15,443 nt of DNA, taken from Octopus sinensis. Taxonomy: Eukaryota. Positions within the stretch are counted from its first letter, which is position 1; every line of letters begins with the position of its first letter. Both the position numbers and the translations under genes were made by a program. The notes under the pieces are model-generated. The model was not told where the DNA came from. It saw only the letters and a list, made by a program, of their open reading frames with translations, and did no database searches. The stretch lies in the NCBI RefSeq assembly GCF_006345805.1, contig NW_021825578.1, positions 1-15,443 on the forward strand, given 5' to 3'. Below are positions 10,596-15,443 of this stretch, piece by piece.

Positions 10596-10694
10596 TTTGT
10601 TGATGTTGAAATTCTAATGAAAGAGCCTTAGGTCTATGTTAGAAACCGGCTCTTTCTCTATTGGCTAGCAATCTTGAAATAAACTGAAAAACGA
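10596..10694 (+). mobile_element. ~100-bp non-repetitive module flanked on both sides by (CATA)n; probable retroelement 3' terminus
   Basis: CATA arrays at 10550-10595 and 10694-10730; 9-bp inverted repeat gaaagagcc (10619-10627)/ggctctttc (10648-10656); aataaa near the end. Family assignment is inference. Confidence 0.5.
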
Positions 10695-11380
10695 CATACA
10701 TACATACATTCATACATACATGCATACATACACACACACTCACATTACATTATTATAGCGGTGCATTTTGAACGAAGCATTGTATGATAGCCTTATTGAA
10801 ACAGTTTTGAAAATTACATTACTGGAGAATTTGGAACTAAAGGCGTAGCAGCATCGGTAACAATGACATAACGACATTTTTACGCTTACACTTAATATCG
10901 AGTTTTAAGACCTTTTATTTCATTCCTGTAGAGAAAATGGTGGATGTTGATGAATTATATTACATAAGCGGTCCCGAGCGTTTTAACTTGTTAGTGGTGG
11001 TGGCGCCAGGGATGGGAATAATTAGTAACCGATTGAAATTAATTAATTAGTTTCGTTAATTTCGCAGAATTTTAATTAAATTGATCATTAAAATTCATAG
11101 AACATGAAGGGGAGACATTTGAAATTTTTATTGAAATGACAAATAATGCTGCAAATAATTCCAAGTATTAATTTATTGATCGTTATGAGATTCGATCGCA
11201 TTAATCGAATTATATTAATCAATATTGAATTAATAACTCTTTAACATTTAATTCGATCATATCAGATTCGAATATTTTATATTCAAACAGGTGAGATCCA
11301 GCCTCTCACACCTATTCTACAAAGTCATTCTAAGCATAAAACCGTTATACCATCGAAATTTCGCAGCTGCAAGATAATGC

Positions 11381-11444
11381 AGTTCTTTATTTAAGGGATG
11401 ATGAATTATGTACATTACTTACATTAGTTACATTAGACGGATAA
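11381..11444 (-). repeat. Inverted copy of the tail downstream of the hammerhead at 12353-12398
   Basis: Reverse complement of 11416-11444 (ttatccgtctaatgtaactaatgtaagta) matches 12422-12450 (atatccgttgaatgtaaatattgtaaata) at 23/29 (hand count). Confidence 0.65.
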
Positions 11445-11473
11445 CCACTCTTAACTCTACGGATAATCGCTCT

Positions 11474-11517
11474 TAACCCCCAAGATTCCGAGTTCGATTC
11501 CAAGCATTGACCCGAAC
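11474..11517 (+). promoter_or_regulatory. Partial tRNA-like Pol III head with intact B box
   Basis: GAGTTCGATTCC at 11490-11501 preceded by aagattcc; the A-box-like segment appears only inverted (cgctcttaacc = rc ggttaagagcg). Confidence 0.6.
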
Positions 11518-11553
11518 AATAATAATAATAATAATAACAACAACAACAACAAC

Positions 11554-11615
<62 letters not shown>
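11518..11615. repeat. (AAT)n with (AAC)n insert
   Basis: Direct reading. Confidence 0.97.
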
Positions 11616-11617
<2 letters not shown>

Positions 11618-12164
11618 GCCCTGATGCAGTACCAGGCAGTGGCTCTCATGGCTTCTGATCTTAACTGATTGAAGTGTTATCATGTACATTGTTTTGTCTT
11701 GGTATAAAAGATGGGCTACAGCAAATATTCTGCTCAATACAGATTTGCTTGTCAGTTGTTTGACCTTAACCAGTTGAGCATGTCCCTTAGTGGCTGACGA
11801 TATGTGCATCTCTGATCACGAGCAGAGGTAGTGGGGGAGCATCATAGCCATGTGTTGAGAGGGATTCTTTGGGGTTTGAATAGTTCACCTCTGGAAACAT
11901 GGGTGGTTCTTTCAACATCCTTAAACAACCCTTATTCAGAGACCTTTTGAGCGGGATGGGCTACTCAACCTGAAGAAAATTCTACTGGGCCCCACCTGCA
12001 AGGTCATGTGCTGTTTATCTTGATATGCGATCACCATGTCGCGCACATATGGTGTGATGCATGTGCCTGGTGTACCTTTATCAGACGGGTAGTCATGATG
12101 GGTATATTGGGCTTCGTATATTTTACCCAGTGTCACTTTGATGGCATGCACTGCTCTCTCACTC
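11616..12164. mobile_element. 549-bp unclassified non-coding element inserted in (AAT)n
   Basis: Sharp junctions aataa|atgccctgatg and tctctcactc|aataat; GC clearly higher than the flanks; no TIR, no A/B box, no credible ORF. Confidence 0.65.
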
Positions 12165-12203
12165 AATAATAATAATATTAATAATAATATAATGATAATA
12201 ATA

Positions 12204-12267
<64 letters not shown>

Positions 12268-12303
12268 TTATAATAATAATAATAATAATAATAAAAATAA
12301 TAA
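12165..12303. repeat. (AAT)n microsatellite with ATG interruptions
   Basis: Direct reading. Confidence 0.96.
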
Positions 12304-12352
12304 CATCAAAAAATACCTTAGGAATGAGAACCCAGGTTCGAAATTTCCCCAA

Positions 12353-12398
12353 GACACCTAAAGAAGGCTGGAGGGTATATCAACCGAAACGTTGTGTT
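12353..12398 (+). ncRNA. Penelope-type minimal type I hammerhead ribozyme motif, probably inactive in this copy
   Basis: Stem I GACAC/GUGUU; core CUAAAGA (CUGANGA with G5 to A); extra A; stem II GGCUG/CAACC (one mismatch); GAAAC-GUU with self-complementary ACGU stem III; predicted cleavage after U12393. Confidence 0.7.
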
Positions 12399-12455
12399 AA
12401 CAACAAACAAGATGAGGACAAATATCCGTTGAATGTAAATATTGTAAATATTCGA

Positions 12456-12590
12456 AATTCACTCACAAGGCATTGGTCAGCCGGGAGCTACAGTAGAAGA
12501 CACATGCCCGAAGTGCCGCACAATGGGACTGAACCCAAAATATCGTAGGTGCAATGCGAACTTCTTAATCACATAGCCACCCGTGCACCT
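12456..12590 (-). mobile_element. Head and CORE-only fragment of the CORE-type SINE
   Basis: Co-linear with 12901-13030 (actcacaaggcattggtcagcc..gaagacac..gggactgaaccc); truncates the hammerhead tail at about 12452. Confidence 0.8.
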
Positions 12591-12611
12591 ATTTATTTAT
12601 TTGCTTATTTA

Positions 12612-13030
12612 TACTCTTTACTCTTTTACTATATTACTTGTTTCAGTCATTTGACTGCGGCCATGCTGGAGCACCGCCTTTAGTCGAGCAACTCGACCCC
12701 GGGACTTATTCTTTGTAAGCCCAGTACTTATTCTATCAGTCTATTTTGCCGAACCGCTAAGGAACGGGGACATAAACATACCAGCATCGGTTGTCAAGCA
12801 ATACTAGGGGGACAAACACACACACACAAACACACACACACATACTTATATATATATATACATATATACGACAGGCTTCTTTCAGTTTCCGTCTACCAAA
12901 TCCACTCACAAGGCATTGGTCAGCCCGGGGCTATAGCAGAAGACACTTGCCCAAGATGCTACGCAGTGGGACTGAACCCGGAATCATGTGGTTGGTTAGC
13001 AAGCTACTTACCACACAGTCACTCCTGCGC
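12612..13030 (-). mobile_element. Full-length CORE-type tRNA-SINE with internal (TA)/(GT) microsatellite
   Basis: Minus strand: A box TGACTGTGTGG (13011-13021), B box GGTTCAGTCCC (12968-12978), CORE-like cttgggcaagtgtctt, internal repeat at about 12815-12870, tail ccagcatggccgcagtcaaatgactgaaacaagtaa plus (aagagta)n. Confidence 0.9.
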
Positions 13031-13310
13031 CTGTATCTATTTATTTATTTGTTTATTTATTTACAAACAGAATATATTTGTTGCGAGGCTGTGCAGTGGG
13101 CAATGTTTGTTGCGTGCAGTAAGAAAAGGCAAGCGCAAGATACGTTTGAATTAAGCTATCTAAAGTTCAATGGAAGAGATAAATTGAGGGTAGGTGTTTA
13201 AGTGAATGCATGGCGATTGGGGGAGATAGTCGGAAGAAAGCATGAAGTATTTGCAAATCAGAATGACAACTGAAGAATGCTTAAAATAGATGAATATTGA
13301 AACACTCAAC

Positions 13311-13335
13311 CATACACATATGTATGTATAAATGT

Positions 13336-13368
<33 letters not shown>

Positions 13369-13395
13369 TATATTATATATATATAATATTATATT
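13311..13395. repeat. (TA)n microsatellite
   Basis: Direct reading. Confidence 0.9.
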
Positions 13396-13599
13396 AAATC
13401 AAACAATAAAGCGTAAGCCAATACATATATATAGGCAAATCATACAATAAATAACTTAACCAATATAATATAAATAATATAATTTAATATAATATTTTAC
13501 TATAAAATTGGATTCAATCCTAAATCTGATTTTTCCCTGTAAGTTTGGATTTATTCCCTAATATTTTATTATTATATATATATATATATATATGTCGAC

Positions 13600-13747
13600 C
13601 TCCGCCGAGGTTGACTTTGCCTTTCATCCTTTAGGGGTCGATAAATTAAGTACCAGTTACGCACTGGGGTCGATGTAATCGACTTAATCCGTTTGTCTGT
13701 CTTTGTTTGTCCCCTCTGTGTTTAACCCTTGTGGGTAGTAAAGAAAT
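13600..13747 (+). mobile_element. 5'-truncated SINE of the 1732/1969 type, tail type 3
   Basis: ccgccgaggttgactttgcctttcatcctttaggggtcgataaattaagtaccagttacgcactggggtcgatgtaatcgactt, then a distinct tail cgtttgtctgtc..gtgggtagtaaagaaata. Confidence 0.88.
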
Positions 13748-14209
13748 ATATATATGTCTGTGTGTATGTGTGTGCATATACATACACACATACATACACA
13801 CTCATACAACATTTTCATATATATATAGATATACGATTTTAATCGCATCCATACGTATATGTGTGTGTGTGTGCATGTATTTATCTATCTAACTCTCGAC
13901 ACATACACTCGCGCGCGCTCACTCACATATATACGTACATGCACATTTTATGCATAATGTATAACGATATATATACACATACAAATTCACGCACGCAAAC
14001 ATGCATACATACACACACGCGCGTGCGCATACACATCTACATATTACAGAAATATAACACATCAAAGAGTAAAAAGTATGTGACATTTGCAGAGAAATTT
14101 CTGTGAAAGAATGAAAAGCAGAAACAGCGTGAGATGAGAGAAAGGAATATACTTTAATGCAGAGATGTACGCTATTGTTATTTGTGTGTGTGGAGGGCTT
14201 TTGTATTGT

Positions 14210-14212
<3 letters not shown>

Positions 14213-14273
<61 letters not shown>
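14213..14273. repeat. (AG)n microsatellite
   Basis: Direct reading. Confidence 0.97.
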
Positions 14274-14276
<3 letters not shown>

Positions 14277-14535
14277 TATGTGTACTTGTGTGTTTGATTC
14301 TCTGCACTTATGCTAATAATCTAAAATAAACGTGACATAGAATAGGGAAAACGAGCGAAAAGACAGATTTTCAGAACAGTTATTGTAGCGAGACAAAATA
14401 TGCAACGTTTCTTACATTCGTATATATATATTGATTAACTTGATACGTTCATTAATTTTCATTATGATTATTTTATTATGATTGCAATCATTAAAATTAT
14501 ATTTTTCGTATTATTATTGCTGTCGTTCTTCTTGC

Positions 14536-14613
<78 letters not shown>
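14536..14613. repeat. (ATT)n microsatellite
   Basis: Direct reading; explains poly-Y/poly-I ORF 14482..14724. Confidence 0.97.
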
Positions 14614-14617
<4 letters not shown>

Positions 14618-15443
14618 CTACCACCATTGTCATAATTATTATCAATTCGCTTCATTTTATTTCATTATTAATGATATCCCTATACATGACTTTGTATAAG
14701 ACAAAATATAATTTTCGATTTTAATCTATATCGCTATTTTTATTTTTCGCTGTGGTTGTGATTTATCAGTATTGTTGTTGTTATTATTGCTCATTGTTGC
14801 TATATACGGCCGCATAATTCAATTGTTTATTTACCCTTTTTTTAATTTTAGTCCGTTGTAAAATACATTTCATTGCATATTTATTGTTTCAAAACAGCCA
14901 TTACTAAACGAATTGATGAAATACAAGCTTCATTATTGATTGACTTTTCCCATTTCATATTTCACCCGAATCCATTAAGGCAATATGATAAAGTTATTAT
15001 TTAACCAACACACGAGGAAGCACAATTAGATTTTTCGTTTCATCTATTAACACATCCAACTTTACTATCGTCTGCTTTTCATCAAACCACGATTTAAAAA
15101 ATAACGTTGTCGTCTGCTTCTTTTGTGGAAAAGAGCGTTCCACTGTGTAACTAAGATTGTTGATTGCTCTATCGATCATTTGATTTGTTTATTGATTTTG
15201 GTTTTCGATTGTGTATTTCTTTATCGATTAATGTGCATTTTCGTATTTGATACTAAATTTTAGTGCCTCTTTAAATAACCATGGTGATGAAAGTAACATA
15301 TACAAAAATATTTAAGAAACGACCCAAGTGGAATCTGTGCAAATGTGATTCGTAAATATGAATATGTATCACCAACTCACAAACATACACTCACATACGT
15401 ACACGCACCTAAACAAACAGATATACACACACATATATTCACA

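Noticed and set aside
10910-11296. Splice-acceptor-like ttcattcctgtag (to 10930), short ORF MVDVDELYY.., donor-like cag/gtgaga (11288-11296)
   Set aside because: The frame closes after 37 codons with no homology I recognise, and the donor lies in sequence that resembles a repeat fragment. RNA-seq would be needed.
12030-12164. Possible HDV-like ribozyme near one end of the 549-bp element (minus strand: catcat/atggtg pairing, gcacat hairpin, GCGAC)
   Set aside because: P1 and the P3/L3 geometry could not be built by hand; L3 would be only 5 nt.
11387-12548. ORFs 11387..11809, 11936..12352 and 12138..12548 (136-140 aa)
   Set aside because: Length comes from stop-free AAT tracts joining unrelated repeat fragments; no recognisable protein motif.
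4700-13395. Recurrent aa/tt phase shifts in (TA)n tracts that look like a code
   Set aside because: Explained by single-base slippage or sequencing-consensus indels; no consistent period.
38-14724. Dozens of ORFs rich in YIHT, CMYV, YI, poly-I, poly-Y, SL
   Set aside because: Translations of microsatellites; no domain content or splice context.
14997-15179. 60-aa minus-strand ORF in unique-looking DNA
   Set aside because: No recognisable family, no convincing splice sites; expected by chance.
1-15443. CRISPR array or prokaryotic-type system
   Set aside because: No regularly spaced repeats with unique spacers and no operon-like ORFs; the sequence is eukaryotic repeat DNA.

Overview
AT-rich, repeat-saturated, non-genic animal genomic DNA. 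The SINE, MITE and microsatellite content resembles octopus (coleoid cephalopod) repeats as I recall them; this is inference, not a database hit. I find no host protein-coding gene, rRNA, functional tRNA or CRISPR array. Nearly all listed ORFs are translations of (TA)n, (CATA)n, (CA)n or (AAT)n tracts. The only real coding relics are (i) a 5'-truncated, dead R4/Dong-like non-LTR retrotransposon at 7833-9133 (RT thumb, CCHC, restriction-like endonuclease) sitting in (CATA)n, (ii) a Tc1/mariner relic at 5709-6627 made of two 5' halves fused in inverted orientation, and (iii) a mariner-derived MITE at 2482-2709. About ten tRNA-derived SINE copies of several modular types are present. The most unusual region is 11381-12455: a Pol III B-box tRNA-like head runs into (AAT)n, and the far side of that tract carries a Penelope-type minimal hammerhead ribozyme (one core substitution). 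An inverted copy of the downstream tail sits at the left end, and a 549-bp unclassified element is inserted in the (AAT)n. This suggests a SINE-like element carrying a Penelope-type ribozyme, possibly mobilised by Penelope-like elements. That link is inferred and needs genome-wide confirmation.
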